Counted from the first letter of the whole stretch, positions 35,193-49,171 are shown. The stretch: 63,896 nt of DNA, filler included, from Lama guanicoe (GCA_013239625.1; 174 parts of 174 records of this genome joined end to end with filler, not necessarily neighbours in it), one strand, 5' to 3'. The notes: a model not told the origin generated them from the letters alone. Numbers and translations: made by a program.

Positions 35193-37500
35193 NNNNNNNN
35201 NNNNNNNNNNNNNNNNNNNNNNNNNNNNNNNNNNNNTTAATTAATTAANNNNNNNNNNNNNNNNNNNNNNNNNNNNNNNNNNNNNNNNNNNNCCCTTTTA
35301 CTGCCATTTAATACTTCCTTTCTTGTCTTTTCATCCAACTTTGTGAAAGTAAAATTCACTGAGGCAAAGTTAAAAGCAAACTCCCATAAAATACAGTTAT
35401 GTATGAATCAGCAAACAAAATTATGTGAATAGAGGCACCCATGAACCTGACCTGACCTGACCCAAATATCTTATGAGAGAATAGTTCAGGATTCTGTAAT
35501 TCAGTGTTTCGTGATTATATATAGTAAAGGTACCACTATAGGAGCACTGAGTGTATATATNNNNNNNNNNNNNNNNNNNNNNNNNNNNNNNNNNNNNNNN
35601 NNNNTTAATTAATTAANNNNNNNNNNNNNNNNNNNNNNNNNNNNNNNNNNNNNNNNNNNNCAGTTCTGCAGTCCTTGATAGCAGGAATCTTAACTCACAG
35701 AGTCAAGACTGTTTTCCCACTTAAAAATCTAACAAAGTCTAGTGATTCAAGCATGTTTTTGGAAGTTAAGAAAATGCTAAACAATAAATACACATACTTG
35801 CATTTGTTTATATGTATATATACAAATACACAGTCACATTTTTAACTCTCATATAGTTAGATAATTGAAAAATATGTGGATTCATAGCAGAATAATGCTT
35901 AAGAAATCAAAGATTTTAGAATGTCTCTNNNNNNNNNNNNNNNNNNNNNNNNNNNNNNNNNNNNNNNNNNNNTTAATTAATTAANNNNNNNNNNNNNNNN
36001 NNNNNNNNNNNNNNNNNNNNNNNNNNNNGGGGGGCTAGCTTGGAGGGTCCTCCCTGGGCAAGTCTTGGGCAGTTTTACTGACAAAATAATGACAGTAATG
36101 TATTACGGTTCCTTAAATAAAATAAGAATCCATGAGTCCGTCTGATGATAAATGAAAGAACGAATGAATGAAGGAATCAGAAAGGGAAGTTCTTACATAG
36201 ATAGGAACCTATGTCTGCATGTGCACAGCTGGGACGCTGTGCTGCACACCAGAAACTGACACATTGTAACTGACAATACTTCAGTTAAAAAAAAAANNNN
36301 NNNNNNNNNNNNNNNNNNNNNNNNNNNNNNNNNNNNNNNNTTAATTAATTAANNNNNNNNNNNNNNNNNNNNNNNNNNNNNNNNNNNNNNNNNNNNGTAT
36401 CACTAGGTATTTAAACGTATGTCCAAGACTTGGGGTTGGCACATGGGAGCACTGTGATTGTCCTAAATAGTTTTAGAACAGCACAGGGGTCTAGCCACAA
36501 AGCCAACGATGAATAATATTAATTCTGCAGGAAACACAAGGTCAAGGAGTTCTTCTCTGCTTGAGTCTGTCATCATATCCCACTGACTGACGTGGAATTT
36601 GCAGAAATCAGAGACAGGCAGCTGCGGCCAGTGGCCAAGTGGCGTCTTGAACCTGGTTCGTGTCNNNNNNNNNNNNNNNNNNNNNNNNNNNNNNNNNNNN
36701 NNNNNNNNTTAATTAATTAANNNNNNNNNNNNNNNNNNNNNNNNNNNNNNNNNNNNNNNNNNNNTCTTGTCAACAGCAAGCAGCAAATTAAATTATTATT
36801 TTTATTTAACTTTGTCAGCCCAGCAGACAAAATACATTGTTTGAAAAGTTTGGCTAAACTTTGCTATTCAAAGGACACGATAAAAATCAAAGAACTCTAG
36901 ATTCTAGATCATGTATTAAATAAAGACATTGTGCAGTGGGACTCACCGATCCACCAGAAATGAACCAGACATAACCTAATACTCAGTTAAAATAAAGCTG
37001 ATGTAAACCCCTCTCCTTATGTCTAACATACANNNNNNNNNNNNNNNNNNNNNNNNNNNNNNNNNNNNNNNNNNNNTTAATTAATTAANNNNNNNNNNNN
37101 NNNNNNNNNNNNNNNNNNNNNNNNNNNNNNNNGCCTTGCCGAGACTCCCTGTTCTTCCTGGGGACAGACCCACTTGGCACAGAGGCCACACGCTCACTTA
37201 ACAGGCCACCGCCTTCACAGGCTTGGATGGCTTCGCCCCATCTCCCAGCTCCTGCTGCCAGAAAAACCAGCACAAAGGCAAAGCTTACATGAGGGGAGGC
37301 GTGCGGGGGGAGGAGGACAGAAGACCTTAGCGTTTCGGCAGGAAAAAATCCGCTCAGATATCACTGCGGGGTGCCAGTGTACATTGTGCAAGTGTACCTT
37401 NNNNNNNNNNNNNNNNNNNNNNNNNNNNNNNNNNNNNNNNNNNNTTAATTAATTAANNNNNNNNNNNNNNNNNNNNNNNNNNNNNNNNNNNNNNNNNNNN

Positions 37501-37768
37501 AATGATCATCATTCAAAAGTCCACAAATGATAAATGCAGCAGGTTGTGTAGACAAAAGGGAACCCTCCTCACCTGCTGGTGGGACTGTAATTTGATGCAG
37601 CCACTATGGAAAACAGTATGGAGATTCCACATAGAATTAAAAACAGACTTACCCTATGATACAGCAATCCCACTCCTGGGCATATATTCGAAGGAAACTC
37701 TATTTTGGAAACACACACCCCGATGCTCATAGGCGCACTATTTACAACAGCCAAGACATGGAAGCAGC
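37501..37768 (+). mobile_element. L1 ORF2 C-terminal fragment
   Basis: CWWDCNLMQPLWKTVWRFHIELKTDLPYDTAIPLLGIY. Confidence 0.93.
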
Positions 37769-38244
37769 NNNNNNNNNNNNNNNNNNNNNNNNNNNNNNNN
37801 NNNNNNNNNNNNTTAATTAATTAANNNNNNNNNNNNNNNNNNNNNNNNNNNNNNNNNNNNNNNNNNNNACACAACTGAATTGTACGCTTAAAAGGGGTTA
37901 AGATTACATTTTATGTTATGCTTTTGTTACTGCAATTAAAGGGGAAAAAAATAACAGGACAAAGAGGAGGGGGACTAGACCCCCCCCCATCAGGAGCTGT
38001 GGGTTCCAGCCTCAGCACCACACCCACCACCTGGGAGAACTTTGAACCTGAGCTTGGGTCCCCCACGTGTGCAATAAATGGGATTAACGTCTTCCTAAAG
38101 CCTCCCCCAGGGCTGATTCCACTCCATGCTGCACATNNNNNNNNNNNNNNNNNNNNNNNNNNNNNNNNNNNNNNNNNNNNTTAATTAATTAANNNNNNNN
38201 NNNNNNNNNNNNNNNNNNNNNNNNNNNNNNNNNNNNTATGTGGT

Positions 38245-38440
38245 TAAAATATGAGTTCCAGGTCCATACAGGTCAGCCCCATCCCTGACTTATGAGTTGT
38301 GCAGCCTTGGGCATACTGCTTCAACTCTCTCTACCTCAATATTTTCAATCTTTCAAGTGAGGATAATATTGCCTATGGCATAGAGCTGTTGTGAAAATTA
38401 AACAAATTTATTTATGTAAAGAATTTGGCATGGAGTAAAA
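38245..38440 (+). mobile_element. MIR SINE
   Basis: gttgtgcagccttgggcatactgcttcaactctctctacctcaat...gaggataata...ctgttgtgaaaattaaa. Confidence 0.7.
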
Positions 38441-38972
38441 ACTCAAAATATGAGAAATAAATAGGATGTTGATCCCTTTGAGGGCAAGGACAATGTTTGA
38501 TTTTNNNNNNNNNNNNNNNNNNNNNNNNNNNNNNNNNNNNNNNNNNNNTTAATTAATTAANNNNNNNNNNNNNNNNNNNNNNNNNNNNNNNNNNNNNNNN
38601 NNNNAAACGAAGCTGCTTTGACCCTACCTCCCTCACCCCTTCCAAGTTTCTGGCTCCTCCTTCTTCCATCTCCACAACAGGCCCAAGTTGCTCATCACGA
38701 TCATCATTTTACCCCTTGGTGCCAACACATTCAGGAACTCAGACTGCAGGAAGCACGCTTCCAGGTAACTCGCTGTAACAGAGGAAAGTCTATAGCAGTT
38801 CATGGGGGAAAAATTATACGTATTGAGGTCTAGAACAAATCTCAGTTCTGCTATACATTTACCACCTGTGAANNNNNNNNNNNNNNNNNNNNNNNNNNNN
38901 NNNNNNNNNNNNNNNNTTAATTAATTAANNNNNNNNNNNNNNNNNNNNNNNNNNNNNNNNNNNNNNNNNNNN

Positions 38973-39001
<29 letters not shown>
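38973..39001. repeat. (CA)n microsatellite at contig end
   Basis: Direct observation. Confidence 0.95.
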
Positions 39002-39004
<3 letters not shown>

Positions 39005-39337
39005 GGCTCCTCTCTCTCTCCCACACACATGCTCACATGTATTGGTCCCTGACTGCCGCAGGTCACCTTACTGTGGAATCCTGCCTTGGTTTTGCTTTGT
39101 ACATGGAGTCACCTTGCTGCCTCTGAAACTTACAGTCTTACAGACTTGAATAGATTGCTGTGTTTTAGGTTTTTTATTCTTCAATAAAATTCAGGAGATT
39201 ATACACATTTTGCCATAATTAATATTAGCAATTTGAGNNNNNNNNNNNNNNNNNNNNNNNNNNNNNNNNNNNNNNNNNNNNTTAATTAATTAANNNNNNN
39301 NNNNNNNNNNNNNNNNNNNNNNNNNNNNNNNNNNNNN

Positions 39338-39604
39338 CCCAGAATTGCCAAAGCATTACTGAAGAAAAAGAATGAAGCTGGAGCAATAACCCTCCCAGAC
39401 TTCAGATAACACTACAGAGCTACAGTAATCAATACGGCATGGTACTGGTACAAAAACAGACACATGGATCAATGGAACAGAACAGAGAACCCAAAATAAA
39501 CCCACAAACTTTTGGTAAATTAATCTTTGACAAAGGAGGCAAGAAGATACAATGTGTAAAGACAGTCTCTTCAGCAAATGGTGTTGGGAAAACTGGACAG
39601 CTGC
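39338..39604 (+). mobile_element. L1 ORF2 fragment
   Basis: PRIAKALLKKKNEAGAITLPDFR*HYRATVINTAWYWYKNRHMDQWNR then (frameshift) ..INPQTFGKLIFDKG. Confidence 0.95.
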
Positions 39605-40819
39605 NNNNNNNNNNNNNNNNNNNNNNNNNNNNNNNNNNNNNNNNNNNNTTAATTAATTAANNNNNNNNNNNNNNNNNNNNNNNNNNNNNNNNNNNNNNNN
39701 NNNNACTGACAAGGCACTGCTCTTTGACGACTCCCTTGTGCGTGGTCAGTAATCACTCAAGACCTCAGACTCCTCCAATCCCCAGTGAGGAGGGACAGGA
39801 AAGAAGAACATACAGATCTCTGTGAAACCGTCAGGTCATGGCACAGGCCAAGAAGTGGACCCAGTGGACCGAGTGGCAGGTGGGGTGAGGTGCCTTTCAG
39901 GGCAGGTGGACGGAAGCCTCTCTGGGATTGTGTGTGAGAAGCCTGACACAGCACTGTGCACGTGGGTGTCTGNNNNNNNNNNNNNNNNNNNNNNNNNNNN
40001 NNNNNNNNNNNNNNNNTTAATTAATTAANNNNNNNNNNNNNNNNNNNNNNNNNNNNNNNNNNNNNNNNNNNNTTTTTTTAAATAAAGGATGCATTTGAAT
40101 TATCTTTTCAAAATATCTTAACCATGTGGTCCATGGCCATCAGAAGAAGGGCTGTTTCTGATTGACTGAGTCTTGGTATCTTCCTGTGCTGGGAAAACAT
40201 GCAGCTACGAGCCTGAACTGAATCAGTGAGAGAAGGCTGATCCCAGTCCTTAAAGTCGTGTTTCTACTCTAACAGTCTCCCACCATGGGAAGAAGTGTAC
40301 GATTCCAGTGTCTTCATTCACAGAGGCCTCGAGAAGATTCNNNNNNNNNNNNNNNNNNNNNNNNNNNNNNNNNNNNNNNNNNNNTTAATTAATTAANNNN
40401 NNNNNNNNNNNNNNNNNNNNNNNNNNNNNNNNNNNNNNNNTGATGGGTACTTCTTATCTGCAAGTCTAATTTTATTGTAATGAGGGCATAATGAGCAAAA
40501 AGTTACATTCGGACCCTGGAGATTCCTGCCTTATCCCACCTTTCTTTGTCTGCCTCCAGGACACTTTCCAACCCCCAATATGTGGTTTCTTATCAGTCTG
40601 AAGGTTCCAGCTTTTCTTTGTCTGCCCCGCTATTCACGAGGGATATGATTTCCTGCCATTTGGCCCATGCCTCCCTTTCTTTGCTCATATCTAGCTGTCT
40701 GCTCTAACNNNNNNNNNNNNNNNNNNNNNNNNNNNNNNNNNNNNNNNNNNNNTTAATTAATTAANNNNNNNNNNNNNNNNNNNNNNNNNNNNNNNNNNNN
40801 NNNNNNNNTATTTATCAAG

Positions 40820-41030
40820 TATTTAGGTTTTATGTAAGGCACTTTACATGAATTACTTTTAATTCTAATAATAATTTTGGAGTGCTTATTATTGTTCTTG
40901 CTTTTCAAAAATGTGAACTGAGGCACAGAAACATTTAAGTAACATATGTAAGGTCATATCATTAAGCTAGTATATAATATAATTAGGGTTCTAACAGAGG
41001 TCTGTCCAATTCTAAATCTTGTGTCCTTAA
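40820..41030 (-). mobile_element. MIR SINE
   Basis: gcactttacatgaatta..tttaattct.ata...aactgaggcacagaaa..ttaagtaac...aaggtca. Confidence 0.7.
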
Positions 41031-41977
41031 ACAGCATACTATATTTTCTCTTCGGATTCTTTGGGTTCTTAATTCANNNNNNNNNNNNNNNNNNNNNNNN
41101 NNNNNNNNNNNNNNNNNNNNTTAATTAATTAANNNNNNNNNNNNNNNNNNNNNNNNNNNNNNNNNNNNNNNNNNNNAATGCATCTTTCAGAAGCACTCAG
41201 AGGATCCTGATGTGAGCGTTCTGCAGATCACGCTCTGGAAAGCAGTTCAAGCATGTATCTCACAAGGCGCTCCGGTAACCGTACACGGGAATCTATTGAA
41301 CAGGTTCGTATTAAAGTGATAGTGATCACATTTGTTCATTCATTAGGGGTCACTGGGTTTCAGTCTATAAGCAGGAGATGTCACTGCTAAGGTAGAAAAA
41401 AAATAATAAGATGCAATTTTAGATTTCAGTATAAACCCTGCAGGNNNNNNNNNNNNNNNNNNNNNNNNNNNNNNNNNNNNNNNNNNNNTTAATTAATTAA
41501 NNNNNNNNNNNNNNNNNNNNNNNNNNNNNNNNNNNNNNNNNNNNGTTATCAATGAGCAAAACAGAAAAAGAAATTCTTGATCTCATGAGTCTAGGGGTGT
41601 GAGACATATGTAAACAATTAGCATAATATATAAATAAATCATATAGTATGTTAGATATGTTATGGTGAAATCTGGAAAAAATATCATGATATAAAGGAGC
41701 AAAAGAGTGCTTCTAATTTAGTCATGGGAATAAAGGTAGATTTCTTTGAGATGATAACTGAGCAAAAAACCTCTGCAGGTGGTTTAGAGCGGAGCCACAC
41801 AGTTGTGTGCTANNNNNNNNNNNNNNNNNNNNNNNNNNNNNNNNNNNNNNNNNNNNTTAATTAATTAANNNNNNNNNNNNNNNNNNNNNNNNNNNNNNNN
41901 NNNNNNNNNNNNGACACGTAACGCAACGTCCCAAACATTCAGTTCTCCGAGCCGACTGGAGGACACTCACTTTCGGG

Positions 41978-42180
41978 GTGTGCCACAGTCTGGGTGACTT
42001 AAAGAACAGAAATGTAGTTCTCACCGTTCTGGAGGCTGGGCATTGGAGAGCAAGGTCCTGGCTCACTTGCTTCCTGCTGAGAGTCCTCTTCTTGGTTTGC
42101 AGACCACCTGGGCAGGTACCACCTCCTAACGCCAGCCCGTTACCGGTGAGGGTGTCAACATGTGAACTCGGAGGGGATGC
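41978..42180 (-). mobile_element. MaLR LTR (MLT1A/B-like)
   Basis: ccacagtctgggtgacttaaa..aacagaaat.t.gttctcac.gttctggaggctgg...tcaacatgtgaact.ggagggga. Confidence 0.75.
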
Positions 42181-42804
42181 NNNNNNNNNNNNNNNNNNNN
42201 NNNNNNNNNNNNNNNNNNNNNNNNTTAATTAATTAANNNNNNNNNNNNNNNNNNNNNNNNNNNNNNNNNNNNNNNNNNNNAGGCAGAAGATGACGCCCTG
42301 GTGAGGCTCTGCCCAGGGCGGCTGGGGGATGAGGTGCCCAAGGAGGCACCCCCGGTGGCTGAGTGGCAGGCAACGCAGAGCCCCTGCTGGGCCCCCACCA
42401 GATCTCCCTCGAGCTCTCCCTCTTGCTAGTGCTTTGTGCAGGTGGAGGGGGTGGGTGGGCAGCAAGACTGAGAAGGGGCTGGAATCTGCTTCTAGGTGGG
42501 CGTGGGCATCAGGTGAGCCCCCAGAGGCTGAAGGACTGGGGATGAGTTNNNNNNNNNNNNNNNNNNNNNNNNNNNNNNNNNNNNNNNNNNNNTTAATTAA
42601 TTAANNNNNNNNNNNNNNNNNNNNNNNNNNNNNNNNNNNNNNNNNNNNACTCTGCTCAAGGGGAGCTGATATGCTAGCTTTAGGAGGTTAAGAATAAACA
42701 AATGTATAAACAAATGATCATAAGACTCTAGACTTTCTTAGCCTACTCCTCCAGACCATGGAGAGAGTAAACAATATCCTAGAAAAACACTGAAAGAAAG
42801 AGCG

Positions 42805-42916
42805 CACACAATATCACTAATTATCAGAGAAATGCAAATCAAGACTACAATGAGGTACCACCTCACATCAGCCAGAATGGCCATCATCAAAAAGGACACG
42901 AATGATAAATGCTGGA
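42805..42916 (+). mobile_element. L1 ORF2 3' fragment
   Basis: atcactaattatcagagaaatgcaaatcaagactacaatgaggtaccacctcaca. Confidence 0.88.
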
Positions 42917-43016
42917 NNNNNNNNNNNNNNNNNNNNNNNNNNNNNNNNNNNNNNNNNNNNTTAATTAATTAANNNNNNNNNNNNNNNNNNNNNNNNNNNN
43001 NNNNNNNNNNNNNNNN

Positions 43017-43284
43017 AGTGCCTCCTCTTATATAGATAGGTAGGACTGTCTTCATAACACAGAAAGTCTATGATCCCAGCAAGGTTTGTGAAGGACCGCT
43101 TCCATGCACATTTGGATCCCAGAATGAATCATGTGGAGAAGCGTTCATTCAGCTAGCCTAAAGGGCATGGGTACACCTAGAAACACCACCCAGAATTCTC
43201 AGCATGTTAACTAGAGCCGGTTTCAAGGTAAAGTCATTTTTCACCAGAAAACTAGGTTGGAGTGAGTGCCTCCCCTTATATATA
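43017..43284 (-). repeat. ~250-bp satellite monomer, copy 3 (most diverged)
   Basis: agtgcctcc.cttatata at 43017 and 43265 (period 248); colinear with 51848-52115 (gtgaaggac, catgtggaga, ctagc..aaaggg, agaaacac, ttctcag, ttttcac..aaaac...ttggag). Confidence 0.8.
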
Positions 43285-44488
43285 NNNNNNNNNNNNNNNN
43301 NNNNNNNNNNNNNNNNNNNNNNNNNNNNTTAATTAATTAANNNNNNNNNNNNNNNNNNNNNNNNNNNNNNNNNNNNNNNNNNNNAATAAAACTTTTGTGC
43401 TGAAAATTATACCATCAAAGAAAGTTAAAACAACCAGCAGAATAAGAGCAGTATTTGAAAAGGACTTTTTACCCATATAAAGAATACTTGGTACAACCAT
43501 TGTTAAGTGTTAAACAGAGATTTACCATATGACACAGAAACTCCATTCCTAGGTACGTACTCAAAAGAAATGAAAGCACATGTCCGCACAAAAACTTAGA
43601 ACGTTCTTCATAATCGCCAAAAACCGGAAGAAACTCAAACGTTTATCAACTCNNNNNNNNNNNNNNNNNNNNNNNNNNNNNNNNNNNNNNNNNNNNTTAA
43701 TTAATTAANNNNNNNNNNNNNNNNNNNNNNNNNNNNNNNNNNNNNNNNNNNNACACGTAGCTAGCCACAGGTTCATAAAAGACAGAAGGCTTCCAGCTCA
43801 GAGACAAATGACTTTGTTAGTCATGTTGCTTTGCCCTTCGAGTCCCACTGGGTGATATGAGGTGGCCCTCATGAATGCTGTATATGGTGGGTTTTTGTAC
43901 ATTTTGAGAAACTCTAAGCCTAGGAAACCCCAATCTTCTAAGAGTTACTAGCAAACCTGCCCAACATTTGCCCCAGAAGCTGACATTATCTTTATTATCT
44001 TGGTCAGGAAACAAATCTGTNNNNNNNNNNNNNNNNNNNNNNNNNNNNNNNNNNNNNNNNNNNNTTAATTAATTAANNNNNNNNNNNNNNNNNNNNNNNN
44101 NNNNNNNNNNNNNNNNNNNNTGGCTTTGTGGCTGTTTTGTCCATTTGAAAGGATTCACTGAGACAAAACGTTAATTGCTTCCTCCCTCTTTGACAGCTTG
44201 ATCCATGTAGAGTTTTTAGCAACAGATATACTGGCCACATTGTTGATTCGATTCTTGCCTTACGGATGAATAGGAAGCAGCCTTTGTGGCCCATATTTCT
44301 GTTCAGTTTTACTTCTCAGGGATGGGAAGTTTCTGAATGTTTCCTTTTCTCTTCTCATTCTGCTTCTGAAACAGCCTATTATTTTCTANNNNNNNNNNNN
44401 NNNNNNNNNNNNNNNNNNNNNNNNNNNNNNNNTTAATTAATTAANNNNNNNNNNNNNNNNNNNNNNNNNNNNNNNNNNNNNNNNNNNN

Positions 44489-44756
44489 CGGCGGCCGCGT
44501 CCGGGCCCCCGCGCACGTGGCCCTCGTCCACGAAAGCCACGGCGACCGGGAGGTGCGGCGCCACGCGCAGCTCCGGGAGCCCGGCGGTCGGGCGGCGGCG
44601 GCGAGGACGAGGCCGAGACGAAGTGGCAGAGCTTCCGCTACCCGCGCGCGGGCCCTGAGCCGACAGCGCGGGACTGGTCCGGCAGCGCGGCCCGGACGCC
44701 GCGGTGCCCGTCTGTCCCCCCAGGTCCGCGCAGGCGCCGCGGAGCCCGTCTGGCCC
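44489..44756. promoter_or_regulatory. CpG island fragment
   Basis: Very high GC/CpG; ETS-like CTTCCGC. Confidence 0.6.
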
Positions 44757-45224
44757 NNNNNNNNNNNNNNNNNNNNNNNNNNNNNNNNNNNNNNNNNNNN
44801 TTAATTAATTAANNNNNNNNNNNNNNNNNNNNNNNNNNNNNNNNNNNNNNNNNNNNCAGAGGAATGAACTTAACTTCCCATCACTACAGTTGATCCCTGT
44901 GCTGTCACCAGTATTCCTCATACTCCTCCACTCTTCAGTCTAAATTCTTCTCATTTTCACTGAGCCCCTCAGCAGGTCTTGGTGGCTTGCCTGGTGTTAG
45001 GAACCAAACTTGCCTTCCTGAAATATCTCAACCCTTGATTATTATACCTTTTACAGTCCAGGTTGATTTGTATGTCCATTCATGTTACTGTGGGGTAAGG
45101 GAATACTGGGATCCAGATGGTCTCNNNNNNNNNNNNNNNNNNNNNNNNNNNNNNNNNNNNNNNNNNNNTTAATTAATTAANNNNNNNNNNNNNNNNNNNN
45201 NNNNNNNNNNNNNNNNNNNNNNNN

Positions 45225-45492
45225 GATATGGAAGCAATCTAAGTGTCCATTAACAGATGAATGGATAAAGAAAAAGTGGTATATATATACATAAAGGAAT
45301 ACTACTCGCATATTAAAAATAATGAAATTTTGCTATCTGTAATAATATGGATGGTCTTCGAGGGTATTATACTAAGTGAAATAAGTCAGATAGAAAAAGA
45401 CAAATACTGTATGATACCACTTATTTGTAGAATAAATTAAAAAAAATCTAGTGAATATAAGAAAAAAGAAACACACACAGATATAGAGAACA
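45225..45492 (+). mobile_element. L1 ORF2 end and 3'UTR
   Basis: atggaagcaatctaagtgtccatt.acagatgaatggataaagaaaa.gtggtat...ctaagtgaaataagtcaga. Confidence 0.9.
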
Positions 45493-45619
45493 NNNNNNNN
45501 NNNNNNNNNNNNNNNNNNNNNNNNNNNNNNNNNNNNTTAATTAATTAANNNNNNNNNNNNNNNNNNNNNNNNNNNNNNNNNNNNNNNNNNNNTCCATGAC
45601 TTGGTCAAGGTCCCGCCCC

Positions 45620-45860
45620 CACTGGCACGGGGTTGGGCCATGTGACTTGCTCTGGCCAATGGACTGTAAGCACATGTGATGCAAGCAGAGCATTGGTAAG
45701 CACTTGCCCTTCAGTCTGGGAATGCAGCTGCCACCCTACAAAGCAGCCTGGGCTGCCTTTACAGAGAGGCTATACAGAGGAGACCCAGGCCCTCAGCCAA
45801 CAGTTGCACTATCTGCCAGGCATCTTGGGCCATCCTGTCCAGGGCAGCTGCAACTCATAA
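45620..45860 (+). mobile_element. MaLR LTR (MLT1F/G/H-like)
   Basis: ggccatgtgacttgctctggccaatgg...gtgatgcaagcagag...cagctgccacc...gcctgggct.gcct. Confidence 0.6.
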
Positions 45861-48168
45861 NNNNNNNNNNNNNNNNNNNNNNNNNNNNNNNNNNNNNNNN
45901 NNNNTTAATTAATTAANNNNNNNNNNNNNNNNNNNNNNNNNNNNNNNNNNNNNNNNNNNNGCCACACTTTGCCCACCTGATGGGGAAACTGCATATTCAC
46001 AGGAGGAAGCTGTGGCTTCTCTCTTTTAAGATGCCAATAATCAGGAAAGCGTTTCCATATTACATGCATCCTAAACAGATGAAACAAAGGGTACAGGTAC
46101 CCCATGGTCTTTTCACTTTAGGACCTCTTTTCAGTGCCACCCAACCTGTAGGATGTTCTGAGCCCTGAGGATCCTTCCCGGATCTGGGTGTAGCTAAGTT
46201 CTCCTCCTTTCATGGGCTGAGGTCTTTCNNNNNNNNNNNNNNNNNNNNNNNNNNNNNNNNNNNNNNNNNNNNTTAATTAATTAANNNNNNNNNNNNNNNN
46301 NNNNNNNNNNNNNNNNNNNNNNNNNNNNGACAAGGCTATGGGAGAAATGCTGGATTAACAAACTAAATCCAGAAAGCCCCCAGCAACCCGCGGAGGCTGA
46401 GAGTCTTTGTGAAGAACACTACCACATTCTTTCCTGTGGCAAAGTGCACAAAATTTCTCCTTGGTCCAATGGGGCATGATAGTTCTGTGGGAAACAACCC
46501 AAAGGATTTACTACCAGTGAAATTGTCTCACAGTGGTGACCAGAGACCAGACTGGCTCTTTGGGCTGTCCCCCAGGAATTGTGGAGAGTGCCCCCCNNNN
46601 NNNNNNNNNNNNNNNNNNNNNNNNNNNNNNNNNNNNNNNNTTAATTAATTAANNNNNNNNNNNNNNNNNNNNNNNNNNNNNNNNNNNNNNNNNNNNGTTT
46701 TTAGTTTCCCCATATTTATGTTACTGCCAACATAAGGTTGTTCCTAGTACATGTGGTACCTTGTGCACATTTGAAAAGGACGCTCCTCTTCCTGGGTTCA
46801 CACAACCCTGCCTGAACATACTTTGGTGAATGGGGGCTACTTTCAGCCCGTATGTGCCCATTTGGTGAGGTGCATCTGTCTGGCTATAAGCTGTTCAACT
46901 CTTTATCATGGCCTTTGGCTTTCCACAGGCAGAACTGTAAAATTAGAAGAAATTTACTTTGGAGNNNNNNNNNNNNNNNNNNNNNNNNNNNNNNNNNNNN
47001 NNNNNNNNTTAATTAATTAANNNNNNNNNNNNNNNNNNNNNNNNNNNNNNNNNNNNNNNNNNNNGGAAGGGGACCGAGAGGTCAGCAGGGCTGCCACTCC
47101 CACCTCAGACCCGAGCGCAGGGATCTGGCGGGCGGGGCTGCCCCCACGTGTTACAAAGGATGAGGCAGCCCTGGAGAGCCACAGGCGTGCGACCTCAAGC
47201 CACGCAGAGGTGAGGAGCCCTGGCAGAGAGCCCTGGCGCGGGCAGGACCGGCACAGACAGCCGCAGTGTGGCCAGCATCCCCGCAAGCAGAGGGATGGCT
47301 TTGCCACCCCAGTGTGTCCGGAAGGCGGAGCCNNNNNNNNNNNNNNNNNNNNNNNNNNNNNNNNNNNNNNNNNNNNTTAATTAATTAANNNNNNNNNNNN
47401 NNNNNNNNNNNNNNNNNNNNNNNNNNNNNNNNAGAGACATATTTTCGGGTGACAAATTCTGCTCCTTTTCACGATATAAAGTAATTATTAATATATTAAC
47501 CAAATTCACTGCAGTAATTGGTGGATTTCACATTATATTTATTTAACCTCTCCTTTAAGTGCTGTGACAGACATGCAGTCATGATACTCAGAGTCCCCTT
47601 CAAGAAAGCTCCCACTTCCCAGATCTGGGGAGAAGAATTTAGTTGACAGCCTCCAGCTGGTAGCTTTTCTGGGTCAGCCTTTGTTTTCAAGATAAGGTCA
47701 NNNNNNNNNNNNNNNNNNNNNNNNNNNNNNNNNNNNNNNNNNNNTTAATTAATTAANNNNNNNNNNNNNNNNNNNNNNNNNNNNNNNNNNNNNNNNNNNN
47801 TTTTGAGTATCTTCAAAGAACAAAAAACTATGTATGTATACAAGTATATATAATATATTGGGTGTATCTATTTAAGGTTAAGTTTAGAATGAGATGTGCA
47901 AACTTAACAATTGTTACCACTGAGGAAGGAGTGAGGTAGAAGTGGGCAGGACCATGGTACAGTCGGTTTTTACTTCATATAGTTCCACATTGTTGAAAAT
48001 TTTAAAACAAATATATTACTTATTTACTTTTTAAATAAGTGATTACTTTTGTAATAATCAATCTGAAANNNNNNNNNNNNNNNNNNNNNNNNNNNNNNNN
48101 NNNNNNNNNNNNTTAATTAATTAANNNNNNNNNNNNNNNNNNNNNNNNNNNNNNNNNNNNNNNNNNNN

Positions 48169-48436
48169 TGTGTGTGTGTGTGTGTCACATTTTCTCTGTC
48201 CGGTCATCTATTGATGACACTTGGGTTGCTTCCGTGTCTTGGCTCTTGTGAACATTGCTGCAGTGAACACAGGGTGGATGTATCTTTTTGAATTAGTGTT
48301 TTTGTTTTCTTCAGATAAATACTGGAAGTGAAATTGCTGGATAATCAGGTAATTAGTTATACTTTTAATTTTTAGAGCAACCTCCGTACTGTTTTCCGTA
48401 GTGGCTGCAGCAATTTACATTCCTAGCAGTAGTGCG
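48169..48436 (-). mobile_element. (TG)n followed by L1 ORF2 C-terminal region
   Basis: cacttgggttgcttcc.tgtcttggct.ttgtgaa.attgctgcagtgaaca...aacctccgtactgttttcc.tagtggctgca. Confidence 0.88.
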
Positions 48437-48904
48437 NNNNNNNNNNNNNNNNNNNNNNNNNNNNNNNNNNNNNNNNNNNNTTAATTAATTAANNNNNNNN
48501 NNNNNNNNNNNNNNNNNNNNNNNNNNNNNNNNNNNNAGAAGAAGAAACGGAGGAGAGGGTGGAAGAGAAGAGCCAGCTCCCCGGCCGCAGCCATCCAGGA
48601 TGCCAGAGAGGCGAGAGTCCAGGAGCACGCCCCTGCAGTCTTCTGGGCTCCCCTCCTCACCCAGCCCTGCCCCATCCCCTGCCAGGTGATGGATGGTGAG
48701 GAACAAAAAAGCAGGCAGCAGGAATGGGAAAAGTGCTGAGGCCGCACTTTGCTGTACAGGGCTGGCAGCCCTGAGCCTGCAGGCAGGAGGCAGGAGGCAG
48801 GAGGNNNNNNNNNNNNNNNNNNNNNNNNNNNNNNNNNNNNNNNNNNNNTTAATTAATTAANNNNNNNNNNNNNNNNNNNNNNNNNNNNNNNNNNNNNNNN
48901 NNNN

Positions 48905-49171
48905 AAGTGAAGTAGGCCAGAAAGAGAAAGAAAAATACCATACAATATCACTTATATGTGCAATCTAAAAACAAACACAAAAAAAAGACAAATGAACTTA
49001 TTTACAAAACAGAAAACAGATTCACAGGCATAGAAAATAAACTATGGTTACCAGTAGGGAAAGGGAAATGGAATGGGATAAATTGGGAGTTCCAGGTTTG
49101 TAAATACTACTATATATATATAAAAAAAAAAACAAGTTTATTCTGTATAGCACAGGGAACTATATTCAATA
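48905..49171 (+). mobile_element. L1 3'UTR (camelid-type)
   Basis: aagtgaagtaggccagaaagagaaagaaaaatacca...gacaaatgaacttatttacaaaacagaaa..; homologous to 59944-60211. Confidence 0.88.

Noticed and set aside
44517..44756. Arg/Ala/Pro/Gly-rich ORFs in GC-rich inserts (also 19920, 56576, 60992)
   Set aside because: Expected from stop-codon scarcity in CpG islands; no recognisable protein
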